NCBI RefSeq assembly: GCF_009914755.1
Contig: NC_060930.1
DNA from: the human T2T-CHM13v2.0 reference genome, Homo sapiens
Strand: one strand, 5' to 3'
DNA length: 64,000 nucleotides
The notes under the pieces are model-generated. The model ran no database searches. It was not told where the DNA came from and saw only the letters and a list, made by a program, of their open reading frames with translations. Made by a program: the position numbers and the translations under genes. Shown piece by piece: positions 44,110 through 56,482 of this stretch (position 1 is the stretch's first letter; each line of letters opens with the position of its first letter).

Positions 44110-46776
44110 AAAAATGTCCTGGGCCCAGATGGCTTCACTGGTGAATTCTACCAAACATTTAAAGAGGAATGACTATCGGTCTCTCATAGACACTTGGAAA
44201 AATGAAGAGAACACTTCTTAACTCATTCTAAGTGGCCAGTGTTACTCTAATACCAAAACCAGACACAGATATAATAATAAAATGAAACTACACATCAATA
44301 TTCCTTACGGATATAGACACAAACATCCTCAACAAAATACTAGCAAACTGAATCCACCAACATATAGAAAAGATTATATATTATGATTAAGTGGGATTTA
44401 GCTGAGCAATGCAAAGTTAGTTTAATATCCCAAAATCAATTAATATAATATACCATATCAACAGAACAAAGGACAAAAACCACAGACATGATTGTCTCCA
44501 TAGATTTAGAAAAAGCATTTGAAAAAGTCTAGCACCCCTTCATAATACTCAAGAAACTAAAAATAAAATGGATTCTTCAACCTGATAAATGGCATGTGTG
44601 AAGAAACAGCTAAGATCACAATTAGTAGTGAAAGACTGAATGCTTTCCCTATAAAATGAAGATAAGATGAGATGTCCACACTCAACCCTTCTGTTTAGTA
44701 TTGTACTGGAGGTTTCAGACAGGGCAATTCAGCAGGAAAAATAAATAAAAGGCATGAAAAGGAAGAAGTAAAACTATCTCTATTCACAGATGACATACTC
44801 TTAGATGTAGATCATGTATATGGAAAATCTGGAGGGACCCATTAAGAAACTATTAGAACTAATGAATGAGTTCAGCAAAGTTGAAAGATACAAGATCAGT
44901 ATACAAAAACCAATTGTTCTTTTACATGGTTGCAACAAACAATGAGAAAATGAATGCAATTCCACTCAAAATATAGTATCAAAAACTATAAAATGCTGAG
45001 GAATAAATTTAGTAAAAGAAGCACAAACTTATACTACAAAAACTAAAAACCATTGCTGAAGGAAATTAAAGAAGATCTAAATAAATGGAAAGAATTCAAT
45101 GCTTATAAGTTGGAAGATTTAATATTGATAATATGGTAATACTCCCCAAATTGATCTACAGATTCAATGCAATCATTAACAAAATACCAGCTGGTTTCTT
45201 TGCAGATATTGACAAGTTAATCTTAAAGTTCATATAGAAATTTAAGGGAGCTAGAATAGTCAAAATAATCTTAAAGAGCAAAGTTGGAGGACTCAAGTTT
45301 CCTGATTCAAAACTTACTACCAAGCTAATGTTGCAGTGACATAAGGACAGACATATACATCAATGACATATAATGAGAGTTTCAAAAGAATAATAATTTA
45401 TGGTCAATTGACTTTTGACAAGGGCACCAACACAATTCAATGGAAAAAGGGTAGTCTTTTCAACAAATGATGCAGAACACTGTATATCCATGGCCAAAGA
45501 GTAAAATTCTTTGAACTTTGTCTCATAAACTATATGCAAAAATTAACTCAAAATAGATCAAAGACCTAGTGTAAGAGCTGAAGTTATAAAACCCCTAGAA
45601 GAAAATATAAGATAAACTTCATGACCTTGAGTAGGAAAATGGTTTCTTAAATATGACAGAAAAATCACAAGCAATTAAAGAGAACTAGGTAAATTGTACT
45701 TATCAAAATTTAAAACATAGGTAAATCGTACTTATCAAAATTAAAAATTATTGCACTTCAAAGAACACCACCAAAACAGTGAAAAGACACCAAATGAATG
45801 ACAGAAAATATTTGGAAATCGTATGTCTAATGAGACTTGATTCTAAAATATATAAATAACTCTTATAGCTTGATAATGAAATGACAAATAACTCAAGTAA
45901 AAAATGGGCACAGGGCTTGACAAGACATTTCTCCAAAGAAGATCTACAAATGGCTAATAAGCACAGGAGAAGAAGCTTGACATCATTACTCATCAGGAAA
46001 ATGCAGTTTAAAACCACAGTGAAACCCACACTTCATACCCATGAGGGTAAAAGTGCCATATTATAATAACAAAGACAACAATATTGTCAAGGATGTAGAG
46101 AAATCAAAGCCTTCATACACTGCTGGTGAGCCTATAAAATGAGTCAGCCACTTTGGAAAACAGTGTGTCAGTTACTAAAATGGTTAAACAAAGAGCTATG
46201 ATATGACCCAGCACTTCCAATCCTAGGTATCTAACAAAGAGAAAAGAAAATACATGTCCACACAAACACTTGTACACAAATATTCATAGCAATGTTATTT
46301 ATAATAGCCCCAAATTGGAAACAACCCAAATGTCCATCAACTGATGAATGGATAAATAAAATGAGGCGTATCCATGCAATAAAACATTATTTGTCAAAAA
46401 GAATGGAGTATGGATACATGGATGGATTAGCCCTGAAAACATATGCTAAGTGAAAGAGGCCAGTCACAAAAGGCCACACATTCTATTTATATGAAATAAA
46501 TTCTATTTATATGGAATGTCCATAATAGGCAATTTTATAGAGACAGACAATAGATTAGTTGCTTTCAGGCGCTGGGGCAGGTGGTGGTTGAGAGTGGTTT
46601 GGGGGTGACGGCTAAACAGTAGAGTTTTTTTTCTGGGGTAATGAAAATATTCCCAAATTGATTGTGATGATGGTAGCTCAATTTTGCAAACATGCTAAAA
46701 ACCACTGAGTTACACACTTCACATGAATACATTGCATGATATGTGAATTACAGCTCCATAAAGCATTGCCAAAAAA
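44110..46776 (+). mobile_element. L1MB-like 3' portion
   Basis: Decayed ORF2 (GGCCCAGATGGCTTCACTGGTGAATTCTACC...) and L1M 3' UTR ending in an A-rich tail. Confidence 0.8.
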
Positions 46777-47856
46777 TTACACTGAGAAAATGGATGCGAA
46801 TCCATCATAACAAAACAGCGTTTATTCAACAAATGTAAAGTTGTTTTAACATTAGAAAAATCAGTAGTTGTAATTCACTACAAATACAAATAAAGGAGAA
46901 AAATCAGATGTCTATTTAAATAGGACAAAACAAAAAAAAAATCTGGCAACTTCTGAATAGAAGTCAACTTCCTTCATCTAATAATGAAGATCTTAATGCT
47001 TCATGAGCATATACTTAATGATGACATACTGAAAGTATCTCCTTAAGGTCAGGAATAAACCAAGTGTGTCTCCTGTCATTCCTTCTGAATTCAATATTAT
47101 GCTGGATGTCCCAGCCATTATGGCAGGGAAGAAAAAGAAAGAAAGTCATAAGAATTAGAAATGATGATAAAATTGTTATCTTTCATAGATAATATGATTA
47201 TATGCACAGACAGTGGAAAAGTATCTCTGGGTAATTTACAAATATGAATGTGAGAGTTTATAGGATTCTATTCATGCATTCAATGTCCTCAAAGCAATTG
47301 CACGCCAATAATACATAGTTAAAATGAAATAAAAGTACTATTTTGTAATAACGTGAAAAATATCTAAGACATACAAGATCTTTATAGGAAAATGTATGAA
47401 CTTTCATTGAGTGACTTTGAAGAAGGCCTTTTTAAATGGAGGGATATGGATTGTGGTTATGGACTGAGGACTCAATATCTCTCAAAATTAGGTTACAGAT
47501 GTAATACGATTCCAACAACATTGTAACAGATTTTTATGAAACTTGACAAAGTGATTATAAAATTTGAGTGGAATTGCAAAGGTCTAAAAATAATCAAGGC
47601 GTTTTTGAAAAAGTTTAGAGAGGGAGAGTTTCCCTTACACATAACAAGACTTATAAAATTACCTTCAGACATTGTGGTAGACAAAAAGATCTATGAAACA
47701 GTATATAGAGTCCCAAATTTAGGGACATTTGATAAGTGAAAGGGACATTTCAGATTAGTGGGGAAAGGACAGGATTTTCAGTGAGTGGTTCTGGGAAAAC
47801 TGGGTATGTACTTTATTTTACATCACCTTCAAAATAATTTAAGTAAATTAAAGAGC

Positions 47857-48326
47857 TGTTGTGGGTTGAATGATGTCCCCCCAAATTCAAATGTTGAAGT
47901 CGTAACCCCCAGTACCTCAGAATATGACCTTATTCAGAAATAAGGTTATTGCAGATGTAATCAGTGAAGTTAGGATGAGGTCATACTGGAGTAGGGTGGG
48001 CCCTTCATCCAAATGACTGTGTCCTTATAATCAGGGGAAATCTGGATACAGACACATGCATAGGGACAATGTCACATGAACATAAAAGCAGAGATGGGGC
48101 GATGTGTCTGTAAGCTAAGGAACACCAGAGACTCCTGATAAACCACCAGAAGCCAGGAGAGAGAGAGAGACACGGAACAGATTTTTTCTCATAGGCCTCA
48201 GAAGGAACCAATTCTGCCAAAACCTTGATTTCAGACTTGTAGCCCCTCAAAACGTCAGACACTTTCTGTTATTTAAGCCACTCAGTTTGTGGTACTTTGT
48301 TATTACGGCCCTAACAAGCCAATATA
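47857..48326 (+). mobile_element. MLT1B/C MaLR solo LTR
   Basis: TGTTGTGGGTTGAA...CCAATATA with AGAGC flanking both ends. Confidence 0.85.
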
Positions 48327-49183
48327 AGAGCTAAATGCGAAGGAAGATTTTCAAAGACCAGATAGTAGAACATCTATATGACCCTGGGGTCAGAGAGTGT
48401 TTCTTAGACATAAAAAGTCTAGCCATAAATCAGAAGATTGACAGTCTGATTACATTAACATAAAGAATTTCTGCCATGAAAAGACACTAAAAGAGAGAAG
48501 AGACAAACTGCAAACTGGAAGAATATATATGCATCATATATAACATATATTATGCAGAACACTACGCTTTATATATACATATACTCTGGATATTAGGTAA
48601 TTTTCACTTAATCTCAAAGAAGTTTTTTTAACTCAAGGATTTGTAATGTTGTTTCATCATTTCTTTTCTATTTTCAGGTTGAGAACTACTATGGAAACAT
48701 TACTGCTGACAACAGAAACAATGGCTTCTAGGAGGGTTTATAAATAGTTGCAGAAGTTACTTCAGTCAGTACCATAAAAAATGATGGTCATAAAGAAGAT
48801 GAAAATCCTTGCAAGTGTTGAATGACCTTGGCATTCACGATCACTGAAAAAATTCTCAATGCAACAACTGTTGATAATAATTCAGCTGGTGGTTGTACCT
48901 GCCAGGGATGCTAATTAGCTAGAGTATGTGAAAAGAAACTAAAGATTCCTCTTTTGTGGTATGGAAAAACAAAGCACAATATTAACAGTTTGCTTTAGTT
49001 CAAATCCAGAGGTAGTCTGGTTTCACCTCAGATGTAGCATAGTTCTCTTTTCTGGGTAATTTAAGGAATTAAGGCCTGAAGAGTTTTGAAAATGCTAGGT
49101 TAGCACACGGGTTATTTGGGGGCTTTTAATTTTAAAATAGGGCCTAGAAGAACCAAGATAATCTTGAAGAAGAAAAGTAAGTT

Positions 49184-49386
49184 TGGACCAGCCTGGGCAA
49201 CACGGCAAAAACCTGTCTCTACTAAAAACATAAAAATTACCCGGGCATGGTGGCGTGTGCCTGTAATCTCAGCTACTCAGGAGGCTGAGGTGGGAGAATC
49301 ACCTGAGCCCAGGAGTCAGAGGTTGCAGTGAACCAAGATCGTGCCACTGCACTCCAGCCTGGGTGACACAGCAAGACCCTGTCTCA

Positions 49387-49417
<31 letters not shown>

Positions 49418-49420
49418 ATA
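49184..49420 (+). mobile_element. 5'-truncated Alu
   Basis: Begins at ACCAGCCTGGGC; right arm and poly(A). Confidence 0.9.
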
Positions 49421-50043
49421 AGATTGGGCAACTTACATCAAGATATCAAAATTTATTATAAAGCTACAGATTAGTAAATTAGATTTCATTAGAATTAACA
49501 ACTGTTGATTACCAAAACACACCATTAAGAGAGTGAAAGAGTAGAGGTCAGAAGATACTTGCAATACATATGTATGTCAAAAGAAAGCAGATAATATACC
49601 TCTTACAAATCAGCAAGAAAAAGATACACCAATCCACTATAAAAATGGGCAAAACTTTGAACAGATACTTTACAAAAGAAGATATCAAAATAGAAAACAG
49701 GCCTCTCTACATCACTGGTCATCAGGGAAATGTAAGTTAAAACCACAAGGAGATACTAATACACTCCCGTTTTGATGGTTAAACAATACCAAGTGCTGGT
49801 GAGACATTGGAACATCTAGAACATTCTTACATTGCTGGTGTTAAATTGGTTAAACTGGTTAAATCAGAAAACAAATGATTTTCCAGATGGAGCCAGCATA
49901 ATGGGCAAGCAATCTGTACAGTCGCTCAGGGTCCCAAACTCCGAAGAGCTTTGTTTGTGGTTTAATGCTTACCTATCCATGTCTTGAAACTCTTAATAAT
50001 TTTATTTTTAAACTTGTTTTTGTAATATTATGAGAATGTGGAG

Positions 50044-50472
50044 TTTCACTTGCATCCGTGTGAAGAGACCACCAATGTGAAAAGACCACCAAACAGGCTT
50101 TTTGTGAGCAATAAAGCTTTTAATCACCTGGGTACAGGCGGGCTGAGTCCGAAAAGAGAGTCAGCGAAGGGAGATAAGGGTGGGGCTGTTTTATAAGATT
50201 TGGGTAGGTAAAGGAAAATTACAGTCAAAGGGGGGTTGTTCTCTGGCAGGCAGGAGTGGGGGTCACAAGGTGCTCAGTAGGGGAACTTTTGAGCTGGGAT
50301 GAGCCAGGAGAAGGAATTTCACAAGATAATGTAATCAGTTAAGGCAGGAACAGGCCATTTTCATTTCTTTTGTGGTGGAATGTCATCAGTTAAGGCAGGA
50401 GCTGGCCATCTGGATGTGTACGTGCAGGTCGCAGGGGATATGATGGCTTAGCTTGGGCTCAGAGGCCTGACA
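50044..50472 (-). mobile_element. HERV-H 3' LTR (LTR7)
   Basis: Near-identical to the 5' LTR; preceded on the minus strand by polypurine tract AAGAAGACAGGAA (50473-50485). Confidence 0.93.
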
Positions 50473-50883
50473 TTCCTGTCTTCTTATATTAATAAGAAAA
50501 ATAAAATGAAATAGTGGTAAAGTGTTGAGACGGCGAAAATTTGGGGGGATGGTATGGAGAGAGAATGGGCAATGTTTCTCAAGGCTGCTTCAAACGGGAT
50601 TGGGGTGGTGTGGGAACCTAGAGTGGGAGAGATTAAGCTGAAGGAAGATTTTGTGGTAAGAGGTGATATTGTGGGACTGTTAGAAGAAACATTTGTCATT
50701 TAGAATTATTGGTGATGGCCTGGATACGGTTTTGTGTGAATTGAAAAACTAAATGGAATAAGAGGAGAAAAACAGGTATTAAAGGTCTGAGAATTGGGAG
50801 GACCCAGGATATCTAATTAGAGAGTGCTTAAGGAGATTCAGCATAGTCCTGCCAGCAAAGATTATTTATTTACTTTAAGAGTT

Positions 50884-51167
50884 GGCCGGGCGTGGTGGCT
50901 CACGCCTGTAATCCCAGCACTTTGGGAGGCCGAGGCGGGTGGATCATGAGGTCAGGAGATCGAGACCATCCTGGCTAACAAGGTGAAACCCCGTCTCTAC
51001 TAAAAATACAAAAAATTAGCTGGGCGCGGTGGCGGGCGCCTGTAGTCCCAGCTACTCGGGAGGCTGAGGCAGAATGGCGTGAACCCGGGAAGCGGAGCTT
51101 GCAGTGAGCCGAGATTGCGCCACTGCAGTCCGCAGTCCAGCCTGGGCGACAGAGCGAGACTCCGTCT

Positions 51168-51203
<36 letters not shown>
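50884..51203 (+). mobile_element. AluYb8-type element inside HERV-H
   Basis: Diagnostic 7-bp duplication GCAGTCCGCAGTCC plus GGATCATGAGG, AACAAGGTG, GGGAAGCGG; pure long poly(A); CpGs largely intact. Confidence 0.92.
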
Positions 51204-51206
<3 letters not shown>

Positions 51207-51240
51207 AAGAGTGGCTGTTTGGGGATAGCACCAGGAGATA

Positions 51241-53990
51241 TCAGCTGTGATGGCTTGAAGAAACAGTGTAAACCAGCAGTGTAAACAAGAGCAGGGCATG
51301 TATGAGTAGTTGAGAACGGTGAATAGGAGTATGACTAGACAGAAGATAGTAGGGATGACAAGTTTTCTGGGGCACAGTCCAAGTTGGTCTGGTGTCTGGA
51401 ATGAGACTGGGGCTTAATAAAAAGGAGCGTCCATACAGGAGCTCAAATGGGCTGTACCCTGTAGCATTCTGAGGACAGGCCTGAATTCTGAGAAGGGAAA
51501 GTGGTAAAAGTATTGTCCAGTCCTTTCTAAGTTGGTGGCTGAGCTTGGTGAGGTGTGTTTTTAAAAGACCATTAGTCCGTTCTACTTTCCTGAAGACCGA
51601 GGACCATAAGGGATATAAAGGTTTCACTGAATACCAAGAGCCTGAAAAACTGCTTGGCTGATTTGACTAATAAAGGCTGGTCTGCTATCGGACTGTATAG
51701 AGGTGGGAAGGCCAAACCGAGGAATTATGTCTGAGAGAAGGGAAGAAATGACAGCGGTGGCCTTCTCAGACCCTGTAGGAAAGGCCTACCCATCCAGTGA
51801 AAGCGTCTACCCAGACTAAGAGGTATTTTAGTTTCCTGACTCGGGGCATGTGAGTAAAGTCAATTTGCCAGTCCTGGGCAGGGGCAAATCCCCGAGCTTG
51901 ATGTGTAGGAAAGGGAGGAGGCCTGAACAATTCCTGAGGGGTAGTAGAATAGCAAATGGAACACTGAGAAGTGATTTCCTTGAGGATGTACTTATAGGAT
52001 GGAAAGGAAATGAGAGGTTCCAAGAGATGGGCTAGCAGCTTGTAACTTACATGGAAGAGGTTATGAAATGATGACAGAATAGAATGGGCCTGTGAGGCTG
52101 GAAGGAGATATTTTTCTTGGTCTAAGAACCATTTGCCTTGTGTGGGAAGAGATTGATAGGTGGAAGTTTCAGCGGGGGAGTAGGTGAGAGTGACTGATAT
52201 GAAGGAGAAAAACTGAAAGTGAGGGATATAAGTTGGAATGCTAGCTGCTTTTTTAGCTATCTTATCAGCATAAGCATTGTCCTGAGTGCTGGGATCTGAT
52301 GCCCTTTGATGGCCTTTGCAGTGAAAGACCCTAGCTTCCTTTGGAAGTAAAGCAGCTTTGAGAAGCATTTTTATTAAAGAGGCATTAATGATAGAGGACC
52401 GTGGTGTAGTGAGGAAACCTCTTGCATGGTGGTGCAGGATATGGAAGGCATATTTAGAGTCAGTATAAATATTGACGTTTAGTCCTTTTGCAAGAGTGAG
52501 GGCTTGACTTAAGGCAATGAGTTCGGCTTGCTGAGAGGTAGTGGAGGGAGACAGAGCAGTAGCCTCAATGATAGATGTGGAAGATACTATAGCATAGCCT
52601 GCCTTTGCTGGTGAGTGGCGATTAGGCCTGGTGGAACTGCCATCAATAAACCAAGTGTGTTCAGGGTAAGGAACATGAAAGAATATGGGGAAATGGAGTG
52701 AATGTCAGGTGGATCAGAGAGATACAGTCATGGGGGTCAGGTGTGGTATCAGGAATAATGTGGGAGGCCGGATTGAAGTCGGCCAGGAACAGTGGTAATT
52801 GTGGGAGACTCAACAAAGAGTGAGTACAGCTGAAGGAGCCTGGGAGCAGACAGTATATGTGTCAGGTGTGAGGAAGTAAATAGATTTTGAAAGTTATGAG
52901 AACTGTAGAGAGTCAGTTGAGGATAGTTTGTGATTTTAAGGGCCTCTAAAAGTGTTAGAGCAGTGGCAGCTGCCACATGCAGACTTGAGGGCTGGGCAAA
53001 ACAGTAAGGTCAAGTTGTTTAGATAAAAAGTCTACAGGGTGTGGTCGTGGTCCTTGTGTAAGAATTCTGACTGCACAGCCCTGCACTTCGGCTATGGGTA
53101 ATGAAAAGGGTTGGGGTGAGTCAGGGAGAGCGAGGGTGGGGGCAGTCTCTAAAGCTGTCTTCAAGGAACAGAAAGAGGAGTGGGGAAAGGATTTAGGATC
53201 TATGGGGTCAACTAGGTTTCCTTTTGTGAGTTTATATAATGGTTTTGTTAGGACGGCAAAACCAGATATCTAAAGTCGACAGTATCTAACCATGCCCAGG
53301 AAGGAAAGGAGTTGTTATTTTGTAGAAGAGATTGAGGATTGGGAGATTAGTTGGACACGATCAGCAGGGAGAGCACATGTGTTTTATGAGAATTATGCCG
53401 AGAGAGGTAACAGATGAGGATGAAATTTGGGCTTGACTGAAGTAATGGGGGCTATCTGTGAAGTCTTGCGGCAGTACAGCCCAGGTAATTTGCTGAGCCT
53501 GATGGGTGTCAGGGTCAGTCTAAGTGAAAGCGAAGAGAGGCTGGGATGAAGGGTGCAAAGGAATAGTAAAGAAAGCATGTTTGAGATCCAGAACAGAACA
53601 GAATAATAGGTTGTGGAGGGAGGTATTGAGGATAGGAGAGTATATGGGTTTGGCACCATGGGGTGGATAGGCAAAACAATTTGGTTGATAAGGCTCAGAT
53701 CCTGAACTAACCTGTAAGGCTTCTCTGGTTCTAGGACAGGTGAAATGGGGGAATTGTAAGGAGAGTTTATAGGCTTTAAAAGGCCATGCTGTAGCAGGCG
53801 AGTGATAACAGGCTTTAATCTTTTTAAAGCGTGCTGCGGGATGGGATATAGGCATTGAGTGGAGTAAGGGTGATTAGGTTTTAATGAGATGATAAGGGGT
53901 GCATGATCGGTAGCCAAGGAGGGAGTAGAAGTATCCCACACTTGTGGGTTAAGGTGGGGGGATACAAGAAGAGGACGCAAAGGAGGTTTT
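51241..53990 (-). pseudogene. HERV-H pol remnant (RT, RNase H, integrase), frameshifted and deleted
   Basis: YRLVQDL, VLDLKHAFFTIPL (RT); HCKGHQ...NAYAD (RNase H); CSIC, WQIDFTHMP, VERTNGLLK, GYSPFELLYGR (integrase). Confidence 0.93.
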
Positions 53991-53999
53991 GGATTGGGA

Positions 54000-54346
54000 A
54001 GAAGGGCGGCAATGAGATGTGGCTATAGTCCAGGAATAGTCAGGGAAGCAGATAATTTAGTTAAAGTGTCTCAGCCTAATAAGGGAACTGGGCAGGTGGG
54101 GATAACTAAAAAGGAGGGCTTAAAAAAGTATTGTCTAAGTTGGCACCAGAGTTGGGGAGTTTTAAGAGGTTTAGAAGCCTGGCCATCAATACCTACAGCA
54201 GTTACAGAGGTAAGGGAAACAGGCCCTTGAAAAGAAGGCAATGTGGAGTGGGTAGCCTCCGTATTGATTAAGAAGGGGACGGACTTACCCTCCACTGTGA
54301 GTGTTACCCAGAGCATCTGTGATGGTTCTGTAGGCTTCCAAGGCAA
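54000..54346 (-). pseudogene. HERV-H protease remnant
   Basis: VTLTVEGKSVPFLINTEATHSTL...CPVPLLG; aspartyl DTG motif degenerate (NTE). Confidence 0.85.
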
Positions 54347-54349
54347 TCG

Positions 54350-55500
54350 GGCAGTGTCAGTCTTCAGCTGCTAAGCCGAGAAGATCTGGGAAGGAGTCAG
54401 TCAGAGAGCCTTGGGCCAGAGTTCCAGGGTCTCTGGGAGTGGCTGCCAGGTGAGTTGAACAGTCTGATTTTCAGTGGGGTCCCGCACAGATGGGATGCAG
54501 CTTAGGAGGAATCCTGGGCTGTGGGCATTCCTTGGCCCAGTGGCCAGATTTCTGGCACTTGTAGCAAGCTCCTGGGGGAGGAGATTCTGGAGGAACCCCT
54601 GGCAGCTGCGGTTCGGGCATTTGGAGTTCTTGTGTGCTGGAGATGTGGCTGGGGTTTGTCTCATAGTGGAGGCAAGGAATTGCAACTCAGAAATACATTG
54701 CTACTTGGCTGCCTCTACTCTATTATTGTACACCTTGAAGGTGAGATTAAGTCTTGTTGTGGGGTTTGAGGGCCAGAATTTAATTTTTGGAGTTTTATTT
54801 AATGTCAGGAGTAGATTGGGTAATAAAATGTATATTGAGAATAAGACGGCCTTTTGACCTTTTAGGGTCCAGGACTGTAAAGCGTCTCAGGGTTGCTGCC
54901 AAATGAGCCGTGAACTGGGCTGGGTTTTTCATATTTGATGAAAGAGCCTAAACGCTAACTGATTTGGGAGAGGTCTGATAAAGAAAAAGGAGCATTAACC
55001 TTGACTATGCCTTTAGCTTCAGCCACCTTTTTAAGAGGAAATTGCTGGGCAGGTGGGGGAGGGCTAGTCTCAGAACAAAACTGTAAGCTGGACCGGGTGT
55101 GAGGAGGGGAGGTGATAAAAGGATTATAGGGATGGGGAGCAGAGGCTGAGGAAGAATTGTGAGGAGCAGCCTGGGGAGGAGGGGAGAGGTCAGATGGGTC
55201 TGTAGAAAAGGAAGATTAGAAAGACTCAGCAATGCTTGGAGTTGGGACTGAGAGAACAAACAGGAGGGAAAGAAGGAAGATTTGGGACCAGTCACATTGG
55301 GAACAGAGAGTAGGGAGGGAACAATATGTAAAAGAATGCTTGGACATCAGGCACCTCAGACCGTTTGCCCATTTTATGAATGCCCATTTTACGACAAGAA
55401 TTATCTAGATCTTGTAGGATGGAAAAATCAAAAGTGCCATTTTCTGGCTGTTTGGAACCACTGTCGAGTTTATATTGGGGTCAAGCAGCATTGCAGAAGA
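54350..55500 (-). pseudogene. HERV-H gag remnant (bounds approximate)
   Basis: Lies between leader repeats and protease; only short fragmented ORFs. Confidence 0.7.
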
Positions 55501-55619
55501 AAATAAGTCATTTAGGTTTTAGGTCAGGTGTGAGTTGAAGAGGTTTTAAGTTCTTGAGAACACAGGCTAAGGGAGAAGAGGGAGGAATGGAGGGTGGAAG
55601 GTTGCCCATAGTGAAGGAG

Positions 55620-56030
55620 GCAAGCCCAGAAAAAAGAGAGAGTAGAGACATGGAGGGAAGGGGTTGGGGGGGGTTCTTGCCCTCCAGAAAAGCAGAGAAG
55701 GGGTAGAGACACGGAGAGAAGGGGTTGGGGGGGGGGGTTCTTGCTCTCCAGAAAAGCAGAGAAGGGTTAGAGACATGGAGAGAAGGGGTTGGGGGGTTCT
55801 TGCCTTCCAGAAAAGCAGAAAAGGGGTTGGGGCACAGAAATAAGGGGTTGGGGCTCAGAGATAAGAGGTGGGGGCACAGAAATAAGGGATCAGGGTGCAG
55901 AGATAAGAGGTCGGGGCACGGAAATAAGGGATTGGGGGGTTCTTGCCCCCCAGAAAAGCAGAGAAGCAGTAGAGACAGGGAGAGAAGGGGTCAGGGTTCT
56001 TGCCCCTCCCCCAGAAAAGCGGGACTTGCC
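55620..56030. repeat. HERV-H pre-gag G-rich tandem repeats
   Basis: Repeated units GGGGTTCTTGC...CCAGAAAAGCAGAGAAGGG and ~21-bp GGGGCACAGAAATAAG units. Confidence 0.8.
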
Positions 56031-56330
56031 GCTAAGGGTGAAGGACCAAGGCAGGCGTCCCTGCATGGTCAGACACCTCTGAAACGTGGTTTAATAATCA
56101 GAGAGGTGTCCCTGCAATGATTAAACACCAAGGGAAGGCTGCCTTCCTGAGTCCGTGACCGGCGCCAGAGTTTTGGGTCCATGGATAAAATGTGTCTCCT
56201 TTGTCTCTACCAGAAAATGAAAGGAATTGAAATTAAGAGAAGGGAGAGATTGAAGGGTGGCGACAAGATTGAAAGGAGAAAGTGGTTGAGGGATAGTGAG
56301 AGAGGTTGGAGAAGAGAGTAAGAAGAGGCC

Positions 56331-56339
56331 GCTTACCCG
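56331..56339 (-). promoter_or_regulatory. HERV-H major splice donor
   Basis: AAATCGG|GTAAGC about 145 nt downstream of the 5' LTR, the usual HERV-H leader donor. Confidence 0.85.
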
Positions 56340-56462
56340 ATTTAAAATTGGTGAGATGTTCCTTGGACTGGTGGGTCTGAGGACCCGAGGTCGTAGGTGG
56401 ATCTTTTTCATGGAACAAAGAGCAGGAGGACAGGGGATTGATTTCCCAAGGGAGGTCCCCTG

Positions 56463-56480
56463 ATCCGAATCACGGCACCA
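56463..56480 (-). other. Primer binding site, tRNA-His
   Basis: TGGTGCCGTGATTCGGAT directly after the 5' LTR; one mismatch to TGGTGCCGTGACTCGGAT. Confidence 0.92.
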
Positions 56481-56482
56481 AA

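Larger units (their letters stand above)
46790..49885 (+). mobile_element. Old L1M fragments interrupted by MLT1 and Alu
   Basis: A-rich decayed ORF2 similarity; resumes at about 57745. Confidence 0.65.

Noticed and set aside
45686-45748. 32-bp tandem duplication in L1MB (similar small ones near 46481 and 55366)
   Set aside because: Ordinary slippage events within repeats
51766-53980. 200-aa and 195-aa retroviral ORFs as functional proteins
   Set aside because: Fragments of a frameshifted pol lacking the RT catalytic motif
55620-56030. CRISPR-like repeat-spacer array
   Set aside because: Degenerate HERV-H leader repeats in a mammalian genome; no unique spacers or cas genes
56463-56480. tRNA gene
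   Set aside because: Only the 18-nt retroviral primer binding site, no cloverleaf
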